A DNA stretch of 64,000 bases, from contig OZ024741.1 of NCBI GenBank assembly GCA_964016885.1, positions 277,140,001 through 277,204,000 on the forward strand. Direction: 5' to 3'. Each line of letters opens with the position of its first letter. The stretch's first letter is position 1. A program made the translations under genes and the position numbers. This document shows, piece after piece, positions 24,281 through 37,465 of the stretch. Source of the stretch: Eledone cirrhosa (lineage: Eukaryota). The notes beneath the pieces were generated by a model, which saw only the letters and a list, made by a program, of their open reading frames with translations, did no database searches and had not been told where the DNA came from.

Positions 24281-26799
24281 TGCATTTATCTTGCTTTATG
24301 TTTATACGAGTTATCACCAAGTGACAACCAGTGACCTCAAGAGACAACAAGGTCCGCCATGTTCAAGAAAGAACATACATATTCACACATGCATCCTTAG
24401 TGTTTAGACTTGTGATGTACTTATATTGACAGGATCTTCCTTAGTATATGGGCAGTTCCCATTAGTACTATCTTTTGTATTTCTCCTATACGCGGGTTTC
24501 CTGGGATTTGCGATAAGTAGTCGTTAGACCCCTTAGGTATCATTCCCAGAGCGCCTACAACCACTGGTATTGTTTTAGTTCTCAATTTCCACATTTTTCC
24601 AATTTCTATCTCCAGGTCCTTATACTTGCTCAATTTTTCAAATGTTTTTATAGATACATTCTTGTCTATTGGAACAGACATATCAATTAGCAGTCCTTCA
24701 ATATTATATCAGGTCTATTTGCATCTATTTTTCGGTCTGTTTGGATGCTAAAGTTCCACAAGATTGAGATGTGATCTTTTTCAAGTATGGGAGGTGGTTG
24801 ATGCTCCCACTAATTCTTTTGATGGGGCAGGTCAAAATGCTTACACATTATCCAATGTATGTATTGTGCAGCTCTGTCATGCCTGTTTAGGTATTCGGTT
24901 GGAGCTATAGGACTGCACATTGAAATTATATGGTCAATGGTCTCTGGTTGTTTTTTGCATACACGGCATAATGGGCTGCACCCATTTTTTATTATGTTGG
25001 CTTGGTCATTTTTTGTTGGCAGACACTGATCTTGTGTCGATATAATCAGTCCTTCAGTCTCCGATTTCAGTCCAGAGGATGCCAACCACTGATGGGTTAA
25101 AGTTTTGTCAACATCAGGATTGTTAGCTCGCTCTGGGTATTTTCCATACAGAGGCTTTTCTTGCCATTTCTTAGCCAGTTTCTGTAGCAGTTCTTTCTTT
25201 GCAGTTACTTTTACCTGCTTTGCTTTTTCTGTGTTTTGCATTTCAGCAGTAAATGGGACTTCTGAAATTTGTAGTCCATTACTGTATCTTTGTGCATCTT
25301 TTGTAATGGAATATGATCTTTTGGTGCTTTCGTGTTTCAAAACGAGTTTGATCATCCAATCATGTGATTCCCTTAGATATGTGGATAATCCAATTGTTGC
25401 AGTTTTCAACGCAATGTCTAACTGGATTAACCCACGTCCTCCTTCTTTCCTAGGGAGATATATTCTATCTATGTCTGCCTTAGGGTGATGCATTCTGTGC
25501 ATGGTTAAGAATTTTCGGATTTTTGTATCGAGCCTACGGATCTCTGTGCTTGACCAGTTGATGACATTGTAACTGTAGGTTACTACTGGTATGGCAAGCG
25601 TGTTTATGGCATCGATCCTATTCATTGCATTCAATTCCGTTCTTAAGATTGCTCTGACTCTGCGGTAACATTCCTTCCTTATCCTTTCCCTCATTGTCGA
25701 GTGCTTGATTCCATCTCCTTCACAAACACCTAGATATTTGTAAGTTTGTTCTTGATCAAGCTCTCTTATCACGTTCCCCCGATCAAGATTAATGTCTGAA
25801 CTCTTCAGCAGCTTTCCTCTGGTGAACGTTGCTTTGGCGCATTTATCCAGTCCAAACTCCATTTTAATGTCATCACTGAACTGCTTCACAGTGGATAATA
25901 GCCCTTGCAATTGTTCATCATTTTTTGCAAATAGTTTCAGGTCATCCATGTAGAACAGGTGATTAATGGTTTTGTCATAGACTCTATATCCATGTTTTGT
26001 TTCATTGAGCATTTTACTTAATGGTATAAGTGCGATGCAGAATAAAAGCGGTGATAAAGAGTCACCCTGAAAAATTCCACAATTAATGTTAACTTCTTCA
26101 GCTTCCAGTGATTTTGTTTCACTATTCAAAAGGAGTGTCGTTCTCCATGTCCTCATACTGAATGACAAAAACCTCCTGACAACGGGGGATATTTTGAAAA
26201 TCTCTAAACATTTTTCAATCCAACTGTGTGGCAAACTATCAAATGCTTTTTTATAATCTATCCAAGCAATCGATAGATTTTTGTGTCTATTATGACAATC
26301 TTCCAGTATCATTTTGTTAACCAGAAGCTGATCCTTACAGCCATATGAGCCTCGTTTACACCCTTTCTGCTCAATGGGAAATAGGTCATTTGTTATCAGG
26401 TGGTCATATGTGTATTCAGTTAGGACTGATGTTAAAATGTTATACATTGTGGTCAAGCAGGTTATCGGTCTGTAATTTTTGGGATTGTTTGTCTCATCAT
26501 TCTTCGGTAGCAGGAATGTAATGCCGTTAACTAGCCATGATGGTATCTTTTCTGGCTCCTTAACTATTTCATTGTAAAGTTGGGCTAACAGCTCATGAGA
26601 CTCTGTGAAGGCATTTATCCAAAAGTTTTGTATTTTGTCTTTTCCTGGGGATTTCCATTTGCTGGTTTTTCTTAGAGCCAAGCGCAGCTGTTCAACTGTT
26701 ATATTTTCCCATGTTTGTTCTTCAAGGTGAGCTGTTTCTTTCATTTGTCTGTCTATCCATGGGGCATGTATGTTATGAACTTTTTCTTCGGCCCAGATC

Positions 26800-26800
<1 letters not shown>
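24281..26800 (-). mobile_element. R4/Dong-clade LINE, different family (copy C), 5'-truncated
   Basis: WKSPGKD, YRPITCL, WIDYKKAFD, QGDSLSP, YMDD, CRVC..HIISMC, RHD; nuclease tail 24421-24681; both ends abut (TAA)n. Confidence 0.92.
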
Positions 26801-26862
<62 letters not shown>

Positions 26863-27049
26863 GTTACTATTATTATTACCTTTTTTTTCCCCAAATTCAA
26901 TGATGTTCCAAAACAATATAAAAGAGATAACTGGCATTAAATGTTCTGGAACAAAAAAAAATAATTGGCAATAAGGGCAGGGGCCCCAGGTTATCACAGC
27001 CTGGGCCCTCTCGTCATCGTGCCACTGTAATAGAGCCAAACAAGGCATT

Positions 27050-29760
27050 TAGTCTTGGCTGCTGGAACGTACGGACGCTGCTTGACAGGGATTCCTTGGA
27101 ACGTCCTGAACGAAGGACCGCTCTTGTTGCAAAGGAGCTTCGACGTTACGATCTTGACATCGTGGCTTTATCTGAGACGAGGTTAGCTGGAGATGGTCAT
27201 CTTACAGAATTTTGTGGCGAATATACATTCTTCTGGAAAGGAAGAGATGAAGGAACCAGAAGAGAGGCTGGGATAGCATTTGCTGTTAAGACTGTTCTTG
27301 TGAATAAATTAGAAGAATTCCCAGTAGGGATTTTGAGTGTCTTATGTCCATGAGAATTCCGCTGGACAAAGGAAGATATGCGACCCTGGTGAGTGTGTAT
27401 GCTCCAACTATGAATTCTGTCGATGAAGAAAAAGTGTCCTTTTACCATGCCTTGAAAGGTGTTTTAAGAAATATCCCTCAGGCCGACAAAGTCATCGTGC
27501 TTGGTGACTTTAATGCTAGAGTGGGTAGCGATTTTAACACATGGAATGTAATCGGAAGGCATGGGATGGGAAAGTGTAACAACAATGGTATACTCCTGCT
27601 GCAGATGTGTGAGGAGTTGGATTTATGTGTTACCAACACCATGTTCCAACCAAAGAACAAATTCAAGACCACATGGATGCATCCTGCATCTAACGAATGG
27701 CATCTTTTAGACTACGTCCTAATCAGGATGCGTGACAGACAGGATGTGCAGTGTGTTCGTGCTCTTCGTGGAGCTGAGTGTTGGACGGACCACCGCCTGG
27801 TACGCGCAAAAGTGAAACTAATCACTAAACGTAAAATCAGGACTCCTGGTGTTGGCCTGCCCAGAAGTTTGAATGCTGCTCGTCTTAAGGATAAAAATGT
27901 GAAGAGGACATTGGAAGAAGAGATGCAGGTTGCAGATCTTGGTGAGGATTGGCCGACCCTTAAAAAGTCGGTTTATGATGTAGGCAGGCGTGTTCTGGGA
28001 TTGGTGCAGAGAAAACATCAGGACTGGTTTAATGAGAATGATGTACATATAGAAGACTTGTTGGCTGATAAGAGGCGTGCTCTGTCACGCTACTTGACGG
28101 CAAAACCACAGGAGAAGAATAAGGAACTCAAGGATGTGAAATCACGTGTTAGGCGGAGTCTTTCTCAGATGAAGGATCAGTGGTGGAGTGAGAAGGCTGA
28201 TGAGATACAAACTGCGTCAGATTCCAATAACACAAAGCTGTTGTACAGTCTCTTGCGTGAGGTTTATGGACTGTCTTCTTCTCTGGTGACACCGCTTCGC
28301 AGCAAGGATGGCAAAGAACTTCTTCGTGACTCACAAGGAATTCTACGAGGGTGGCGAGAGCACTTTGATGATCTTCTGAATCAGCCGTCTGTCGTCAATG
28401 AAGATTTCCTCAATCTCATTCCAGAAAGTCCTGTGAAAGTAGCTCTCGCAGAACCTCCGACGCTTGTGGAGGTTGCAGTGGCTATCTCGAAGCTGAACAG
28501 TGGATGGTCTCCAGGTATGGATGGCATACATGCTGAGCTCCTATAATATTGCGGTGAGAGACTCCTGCAACATCTTCACTCTTTGTTTGGCAGGATATGG
28601 GCTAATGAATCCGTACCTGAGGACTGGAGAGATGCAGTAATGGTGGTCTTGTACAAGGGAAAGGGTAACAGGAATGATTGTGCGAACTACAGAGGTAAAT
28701 CATTGCTTTCTGTCGTAGGGAAAGTTTTATGTAGGGTGCTTCTGGACCGTCTGCTGACACGCATTGCAGATTGTCTTCTTCCTGAAAGTCAATCTGGTTT
28801 TCGTGCTGGACGCGGCACTACTGATATGATCTTCTCAGCTAGACAGCTCCAGGAGAAGTGCAAGGAACAAGGCTTGGATCTGTATCAGGTTTTTGTCGAT
28901 CTGACAAAAGCTTTCGATACTGTTAACAGAGATGCATTATGGAAGGTTCTCCAGAAACTTGGTTGCCCTCATAAGTTCCTTGCTTTAGTTAAGTCTTTCC
29001 ATGACGACATGAAGGCTTGGGTTAATGTCGGAGGTAACATGTCGGAGCCTATCTCAGTAAAAAATGGAGTGAAACAGGGGGGTATTGCAGCACCGACCCT
29101 GTTTGTCATATACTTTGCAATGGTTTTCTGTATTGCATTCAGGAATTGAAAGCATGGTGTTTACATCCAATATCGAACCTCAGGCAGCATACTTAATATC
29201 AGGCGCTTTGCTGCAAAGACAAAAGTATTTACATCAATCATAAGAGACCTCTTGTATGCAGATGATTGCGATCTTGTAGCGCACTCAGAGAGTGATATGC
29301 AGCACATTTTGAATGCATTTTCTGATGCTTGCACTGCCCTAGGATTGACTGTCAGTCTCAAGAAAACCGTCGTCATGTACCAACCTGCCCCTGGTAAGCA
29401 GTACACTGAACCAAATATCTATGTATATGGTAAACGACTTGGAGTGGTTGATCAATTTGTCTATCTGGGAAGCACTTTCAATCGATACAGCAACCTTGAT
29501 AGTGAAATCTCACTTAGGATTAGTAAAGCAAGTGATGATTTCGGAAAGCTAGAAAGGCGACTCTGGAGTCGGTAAGACATATGCAAGAAGACAAAGTTAA
29601 AGGTGTACAAGGCATGTGTGCTCTCTTCTCTTCTTTATGCCTGCGAGACCTGGGTCAAATATCGACACCACATTAAGCAATTGGAGCGATTCCATCAGAT
29701 GTGTCCAGGACGGATTCATGGCGTTCACTGGAGGGACCAAGGACACCTTGAGCGCAGCCA
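27050..29760 (+). mobile_element. RTE (BovB-like) LINE, APE + RT, disrupted
   Basis: WNVRTLLD..RPERRTALVAKELRRY..ALSETR, SVYAPT, LGDFNARVG, CWTDHRL, FVDLTKAFDTV, YADD. Confidence 0.92.
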
Positions 29761-29900
29761 GTTAGAATCTTATCTTTCTTTCACCGATAACAATGTATTC
29801 CATGTCTGAAATTATTGACTCAACCGTAACGAGTTAACACTATGTAGATCTATTTTATTGTATAAATAATATTAAAAATAAAAAAAAGAATAAAAACACA

Positions 29901-30422
29901 GAAGCGGGTAGTACACACATCTAGGATCACATACAACATATAAGCAGGTAATACACACATCTAGGACCACATACAACACATAAGTAGGTAATAAACGCAT
30001 CTAGGACCACATACAACACATAAGCAGGTAATACACACATCTAGGACCACATGCAACACATAAGGAGGTAGCACACACACATCTAGGACCACATAAAACA
30101 CACAGGCAGGTAATACATACATCTAGGACCACATACAACAAATAAGCAGGTAATACAAACATCTAGGACCACATACAACACATAATCAGGTAATACACAC
30201 ATCTAGGATCACATACAACACAATCAGGTAATACATACATCTAGGACCTCATACAATACATAAAGAGTTAATACACACATCTAGGACCACATGCAACACA
30301 CAAGCAGGTAATACATGCAGCTGGGACCACATGCAATACATAAGCAGGTAATACATACATCTAGGACTAGATACAACACACAGGATGGTAATACATACAT
30401 CTAGGACCACATACAACACACA
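29901..30422. repeat. 40-bp minisatellite, about 13 copies
   Basis: Unit TAAGCAGGTAATACACACATCTAGGACCACATACAACACA. Confidence 0.92.
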
Positions 30423-30424
30423 TT

Positions 30425-32060
30425 GTATTATGTGCTACGGACGACGTAAGAGCAATGGTCGGCCAACATATGGGCTTCGTCACTCTTCTGAAGAGAGAAA
30501 ATCTATCTGTATTTGCTGTTCATTGTGTCATTCATCGACAACACTTGGCTGCGAAGAAACTCAGCGAGCCGCTGAGCAAGTCCTTGCAGTTGGCCATTGA
30601 TGTCATCAATTTTATCAAACGGCATTCCCTCAATGAACGAATTTTCCAGCAACTGTGCCAAGATAATGATGAAGAATTCGTCAAGTTGCTCCTACATACT
30701 GAAGTGAGGTGGCTTTCAAAGGGCAAGTGATTTACTCACTTATTTGAACTCTTCGACTCTATCATTGAGTTTCTGCGAGGACGCAACACAGAACAGTACA
30801 AGAAAACCCTCGAGGTGAGGCAAGACAGCGCCTACCTCACAAACATCTTCGACAAATGCAATAGCGTCATTTTGGCTTTGCAGGGGAAGAAGATCACCTT
30901 GCTGTGAAAACATTCCTGGCCAAATTGAATGTCATCGAAAGGAATATTTGTTGACGGGAATTCTATAATTTTCCTAGTGTCGCCAATGTTCAAAACATTG
31001 TAAGCGATGACCAACTCCAAATTTATACCGCTCACCTCCGTGCGCTACAAGACATGAGAGAACGGTTTGTCGCCCTTTTGCCGATGGACATCCCAATGTG
31101 GATAGCAGATCCTTTCATAGCTAACGTCGACGATTTGGACGTTAAATTTCAGGAAGAATTCATTGAACTTCAAGCAGATGACATGATCAAAATTAGATTT
31201 CCCAAAATAGGTGAACCCCTTTTTGGGATGCAAGAGGAAATTCAGCGTTGATTTCCACTCCTACATGCTGAGGCTAAGAGATTTGCTCTGCCTTTTCCAA
31301 GCTCATACTTAGTCGAGAGGATGTTTGGTGCTGTTTCCAGACTGCACAGTAAGGCTCGCAACCGCTACAATGTAATTACACGTAGAGATCTCTGGCTACA
31401 TCTTAGGAAAATTCAACCTCACGTCAAAGAGTTAGCTAGACTCCATGAAGCTCAAAGTTAAAGTAAGTTGATTTATCTGAAAACTTGGATATGCTATTGT
31501 TACAAAGCAAACTAACAATTTTTGTTATTTGTAGTTGCAGTCTGACTGGATTGGAAACCATCTACTACAATTCAATTACTCATTTGTTGTATATATTTTA
31601 CCATTTATTAATAAATATACCCTCCCGTGTGGTCATGAAAACCCTCTTCCGTGGTCTCTAAGTTCACAAAGTTAGATATCAACATTTATTCTGTTCGTTT
31701 CATTAAAGGGAAAATTGGAAAGCTTTGAAATGACATAATTGCCACTTTCTTCCAGATAGCTCTTGTATAAATGTTCAAAATAGCTGGTATCGCCTGGTGG
31801 GAATATAACAAATTCAACTGGTCCTTATTCATAAAAAAAGAACATTTATGTTCTTTTTTTGACATTTATATATTTCCTTTCAAGGAATGTATTTATACTC
31901 TCAGCTGCCTGCAATGGTATCTTTGGAATCAATTTTTAGTAATCTACTGATATCAAAATCAGTAGTATATTGAAAAATGGAAAAATAGGGTAGGGGGGGG
32001 GGGGTCGTGATTTCAAGGGACAAAAGAGGGCGTTTGGCCTAAATGGGTTCAGAACCTGTG
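30425..32060 (+). mobile_element. hAT (Charlie/Buster-like) DNA transposon, 3' half with decayed transposase
   Basis: AMVGQHMGFV..HCVIHRQHLAAK..LLHTEVRWLSKG..FPSSYLVER; putative right TIR ..GGTTCAGAACCTG near 32045-32060. Confidence 0.85.
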
Positions 32061-32064
32061 TGGT

Positions 32065-32400
32065 AGAGAATGTAAATCAGCAGGAGGGCTCAAACGACAT
32101 GCAAAAGTACATGAACTCCAACCACAGCCGGCTATTCCCAGTGAATGTTTTGGTTGCCGACTATGTGCAAGACATTTTAGATCATTGACTGGGCTAAAAA
32201 GCCACATTCGATCGCAGCGCTGTTAATTGCCATCGTGTGTGTGTATATATATGTTTATGTGTGTGCGTGTGTGTGTGTATATTATTATTGTTGTTGTTGT
32301 CGTTATTATTATTGTTGTTATTATTATTATTATTGTTATTAATATTTTTTTTTTCTCGTGCAATGGCCATACTCGATAACGAGGGGGCAGCCATCATGTA
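32065..32400 (+). mobile_element. RTE LINE 3' end (C2H2 fingers, 3' UTR, (TATG)n tail), possibly the continuation of 27050-29760
   Basis: CKSAGGLKRHAKVH..GLKSHIRSQ; GCAATGGCCATACTCGATAACGAG; homologous to 48706-48870 (minus). Confidence 0.7.
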
Positions 32401-32406
32401 TGTATG

Positions 32407-32448
<42 letters not shown>

Positions 32449-32581
32449 GAGGTTATATTTAATTTGTTGGGATACAACAAGCTAAAAATATTTTTATAAC
32501 TGATATAAAGCACTCAACAAATTATTGGAGTAAATATACAATATATTAACAAATGGAAACTATATTTATAAAACCATATTT

Positions 32582-32645
32582 ATTTTATTATACATATTTC
32601 AAGGGCCACCAAGGCAAATTATGGTGCGCTTTCATCAGATAAAAT
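32582..32645 (-). ncRNA. Type I hammerhead ribozyme in the PLE 3' pseudo-LTR
   Basis: AUUUUAU-CUGAUGA-AAGcGCACCA..UGGUGGCcCUU-GAAAU-AUGU-AUA|AUAAAAU: stem I AUUUUAU/AUAAAAU, extended stem II. Confidence 0.7.
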
Positions 32646-34071
32646 GCAATACAGATTAGTTTTATAAATAAAAATTGACATACCCTGAAAAAATGCAACC
32701 TTAATGGTTGAAGCTTCCTGGATAGTGGAGATATTAGATTTATTGTTATGATTTAGTATGCAAATGAGTTCGGAAAGGTTTAAATAACTGTATATTTAAA
32801 TTAAACCGTTGGAAGAGAGAAAAAGAAAGAGAAAAGAACGGTTTATATATATTTTTTGCCAGTGGGAGAGAGTAAACGTGACTATATTTAAGTGAGAGAA
32901 AATATTAGTTATAAGGACAATTATAGCGTAAGTTTGTTTACGTGAGAGGAAAGAAGAAGCGAAGAAACGAATATAGGTGGATGAATAATACAGCAGGATT
33001 CATTATAATGATAGGTTGAAACAAATTTTTTATCAGCGGTTTAATTAATAAATTTGATTAAATGTTTAATTAATAATTTAATAGTTTAATAATTAGTTTA
33101 AATGTGTATGTTAGATTATTAAAAAATTAAAAAATTTAAAACTATTATATATTATTAAAAAATATATATTATTATTATAAAACATATATACTATTATTAT
33201 AATGATTTCTTTATTAACCACAAGGGTATTATTATAATAATATATATATATATTATTATTAATTATTAATTATTAAAAAATTGTAAGTTAAAAATTTAAA
33301 GTATCCAAATAATTCTAAATTTATGGAAATTCCGAGAGTTTACAGAAGAATAACCCGTTATTTGTATTATAATGCAGTACAGCGTAAAGGAAGTTATTAG
33401 TGATTTATTAATAACTCAGATGACTCTAAGGATTAAATGCTATAAGGTTAAGAAGTTAAAAAGTAAAATTTTCTATCTTAAGAATGTAATTAGAATATGA
33501 ATCTTATATTATTTTATCCGAAGTCATAAATTTATAAATTCATAAATTTATCTGTTATAAAGTATATGTATTATAAAGTTATAACAGTTAAAACATAAAT
33601 TTTATAAAACATAAATTGCTATAAAGTCACAAATTATAGAAATTATAACATTTAAAATTTTCATAAGAATATATTTAAAGCATAAAGCATAAAAAACCCT
33701 TTCATAAGAATATGTTTATATATTTAAAGTATAAATTTTAGGTTATACCACATATACATAAAAAATCATTATGTTTATCATATATATATAAACATTTGGA
33801 TATATATATATTAAGCATTTGAAAAATATAAGAATATAGAAATATAAAAATATACAATATAAAATATAAATTATAATTTTCCTATACCCGTCAGAGGAAT
33901 TTTCAAAAAATTTTCCTTAAATCTTTCAGTATGTTTATCAAGAAAATTTTTTCAAGAAAAAATGTTATTTTCGTTAAGGGAGTTCCAAGCAGTCATATAA
34001 AAGGAATCTAATGATTTATCGATAGGTGTAATAATAATAGAGGACATTATGTAAAAGAGATGAGTTATATA

Positions 34072-36276
34072 TTACATTTTATATATATATTTAAAAGTTG
34101 AATTCAACCGATGTTTACAAGACCTGAATAAATTATTCCTTAAATTAACAGAATTCTTATTTTTTAATATAAAGAATATTTTCTCTATACAAAGAGCACA
34201 ATTTTCGGATAAAGCATTGAATGAAGGAGCTTTGGGGATAATATTCCAAAGTAAAAAATAGTTAATGTTCTTTGATTTTAGGTCCCATAGTAAATTAGAT
34301 AGAGAAGTTGAAGATTTTTTACTAATATTCGTAAAAGAGCATTTATGGTTATTAAAACGGGACTTAAAATCTGTAGAGGTAGAGCCTACATAATTAAAGG
34401 AGTTTACATTAGTTTTTACATTACAATTGTATACTATATTTTTAACTAAACAATTATTATTTAGAGGTCATTTAGATTTATTTCTACAGTTACATTTATC
34501 TAAATTTAAGTTACTAGGAGGCGTACTATTATATTGGATATTGCTAGGGTTATTAATGGTATTCTGGTTAGGTTTTAAGTTTCTATTATTAATTCTATTA
34601 ATATTCTGCGCTAAATTACAAGTGGTGGAATACGATAATTTTATAGTATGTCTATTAAATATTGAGTAATACCTATGTGTTCTCGGAAAGCATTTATCTA
34701 GAGCTTTAAAGAATAATTTAGCAATAGGAGTTTTAATACTTAATGAGAAAGGGGGAGCGAACCATAATATATTTCTAGTTCTATTTCTTTTTTTGTTTTT
34801 CGAGTTATTGTAAGGTTTTCTATTATAGTTTTTATAGTTATGGTTAGTTGGCACATCATTATTATCAATGTATTTAATTGTATTACTATATCCAGCTCTA
34901 CCTAACGCTTCATTATAATATTGTGCCTTATCTTCAAAAATATTCTTATTAGCTGAAATTCTAGAAATACGTTGCTGCACAGAATTTACTATAGTGTTTT
35001 TAACGGATCTGGGGTGATTGGAATTAAAGTTAACATAGTTTAGGTTCTCATTTATTTTGTGAAATGGATAATAAAAACCTGTGTTAAGGTTTAGAGTTAC
35101 ATCTAGAAAGTTAACTATTTTATAATTATTCTCTACTTCTACTTTAAGATTAACGCTATTAAAAAGTTGTATAATTTCTTTTCTTTTCCTATTTATTTCA
35201 CAGTTATTATTATTTTCTATAAGTAATAGCATATCGTCGCGATATAAACCACCGGTCATCTCAGGTATTTTCCTATGTAGAGTATTATTAATAAAAAGCC
35301 CCCACAAGATCCGTTATTTGTGCCGAATCGGATGACCCCATAGTAATATCGAAATTACTATCTCTGTCTGCTCTAGTCCAGAGGTGGTTGTTAAATTTAA
35401 TTAATGTTTTCCGTGCAGTTAAGATAATGTGCATTTCATTACTAGTTAAGTTTGTATGTTTAAATGCATATGTGAGGGCTTTATTAGTAGATTAGGAGTG
35501 ATGGATGAGTAATAATTAGCAATATCCAATTGAATAAATGTATTATTGTAGTTATATTTAATGTCCTTAAACCAGTCGATAACTTCATTAGTCCCTTTCC
35601 ATAATTTTAAATAAGATAATTCCTTAATTTGCGGTATGATTCTGTCTAAAATATTCTTGCTAAGTATGCCAAGGTCCGATTTAGATGGTGCAATTAATCT
35701 AACTGGTAGTTCAATTTCAAAATTTCTTTTATGGTCCTTCATATTAATTTTTGGTTTCCTAGGCATGAAGAGTTGTGTCCTATTTTCGATGCCTAATTCC
35801 TGCATTATGTAAGAAGCTTCCGTATTTAGTTTTTCAAGGTCATCACTGGTTGTTTTTTTGTATTTATTCCTTGGTTCCTTTAATAATAGATCGTTGTAAA
35901 TATCCTTTTGCATTCCATAAAGATTGTTGGTTTTATCTGACTTGACTAGAATTTTTTCCGCTTTTTCAAAGCTTTCTATATTATTTTTGAGATTTCTTAG
36001 GTAATCTTGGCCTACAAATGTAATGCTTTGTATGATAGAGATGATCTCATTTTCAAATTCCATTAGTAGTTTGTTGGAAGGTGGATTCATTTTGGATTTG
36101 AAGATTCTATCAAGATTGGAAATATTCTCTTTCGCATCAGATTTATCGAAATGAAAAGCTCGCCACCTGAGTCTTCTTATAAATGAGTCCGATTTTTCTA
36201 TGAGTTGTTTTAGAAAGTCTTTATTCCTAGGTAAAGGTATGTCCTTTAGAGAAGAATAAATCTTAAAGAATTCCAT
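34072..36276 (-). pseudogene. PLE polyprotein (RT + GIY-YIG endonuclease): two compensating 1-nt frameshifts and one in-frame TGA
   Basis: SLKDIPLP..FIRRLRWRAF, QLDIANYYSSI, MGSSDSAQ, YRDD, NFLDVTL; after the TGA at 34468-34470 the frame stays open: PLNNNCLVKNIVY..YVGSTSTDFKSRFNNH..CALCIEK..SCKH to TAA at 34072. Confidence 0.88.
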
Positions 36277-36479
36277 TTTTAGTCAGTTATAATTTAAAGC
36301 GCTCAACAGTAAAGGAGCAAAATATATGCAGAGGTTATAGATAATTTGTTGGGATACAACAAGCTAAAAATATTTTTATAACTGATATAAAGCACTCAAC
36401 AAATTATTGGAGTAAATATACAATATATTAACAAATGGAAACTATATTTATATATATTATATATTTATATATATAAAGT

Positions 36480-37465
36480 CCAAGGAGACAACAAAGAGAG
36501 GTAGAAAAAGACTTATTAGTTTCATGCTTTATATGGAAAAGGGGAAAGAAATTTCGACGTGTCAGGCTTCAGGAGTACAAAATTAGAGACAGGATCACAA
36601 AGGAGATACAGAAATAAAGGAGTCCAAGTAAAGAAAGAAATTCGAAAATAGAGAGTGTAAACAAGACAAACAATTAGGTAGTCATGGTAACGAGAGGGAA
36701 CGCAAAGTGAAGTGTGTGTGTGCATTAGTGTCGATATTATGTGTGATTGTATGTGTATGTTTAAACGTGTGTTTTTTAAAGGTATATTGTTTAAAGTATG
36801 AAAGTTAGTGTGTATTATGTGTATAACCGTGTAGTTTGTGGTAGTGGACTATTATGTGTGAGTGAATGTAAGTTTGAATGTATGTACTGTATATGTGCGT
36901 GGGAGTTATTTTTTATATGTGTAAAGTATCTGGCAGTGTTAGCGTATATCCGTGAGATGTGTGGATTCATGTGTGTGAGTGTATTATTAAATTTTAACGT
37001 GTAAAGTATCTAACTGTGATGTGTATTGTGTCATAGGATAAAGGAAGTATGTTTAGTGTGTGTTAGAGAGCATAAGGCAGAGTAGACTAAAGGAAGATAG
37101 GTGGGGCATTAAGGTGAAGGGGAAGACGGTTTGTAAGGAGAAAAATAAGTTGCTGTTCCTTCCGTCAGCGTGAGCCCGAAGACACTGAGGTGGCGTATGG
37201 AGTGGCCGGCGGATCGAAAATGTCGGAAGAGCGGAGTCGGGTTACCGACTCGGATGTCCCGAAAGTGTTCAGAAAATCTGTCAGCCAGACGACGGCCAGT
37301 TTGACTAAGGTAGATGGCTCCGCAAAGAGTGCAACGGAGCCCATAGACAAGACTGGTGGAGGTGAAGCTGAAGGAGTTCATAACCCGGAAACACCGGTCA
37401 TAAGGGAAAATGGTGGTGGTACTGGATATGGCAGCGGGGTCGGGAGCAGGGGTGGGATCCAGGAT
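36480..37465 (-). mobile_element. 5'-truncated Penelope-like element of a second clade (GIY-YIG fragment plus 3' region)
   Basis: LVYGLRCTLCGAIYLSQTGRRLADRFSEHFRDI..RHF..H, a PLE GIY-YIG with CCHH motif; (TA)n flanks. Confidence 0.8.

Larger units (their letters stand above)
32446..36452 (-). mobile_element. Penelope-like retroelement with C-terminal GIY-YIG (possibly Hydra clade), with pseudo-LTRs, inserted in (TA)n
   Basis: ~125-bp direct repeats 32446-32570 and 36328-36452; RT + GIY-YIG ORF; hammerhead next to the 3' repeat; clade assignment from recalled N-terminal motif. Confidence 0.9.

Noticed and set aside
26800-26900. Poly-Ile signal-peptide-like N-terminus on the 696-aa RT ORF
   Set aside because: It is the flanking (TAA)n target read in frame with a 5'-truncated LINE
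29901-30422. CRISPR-like periodic array
   Set aside because: The whole 40-bp unit repeats with no unique spacers, there are no cas genes, and the context is eukaryotic: a minisatellite
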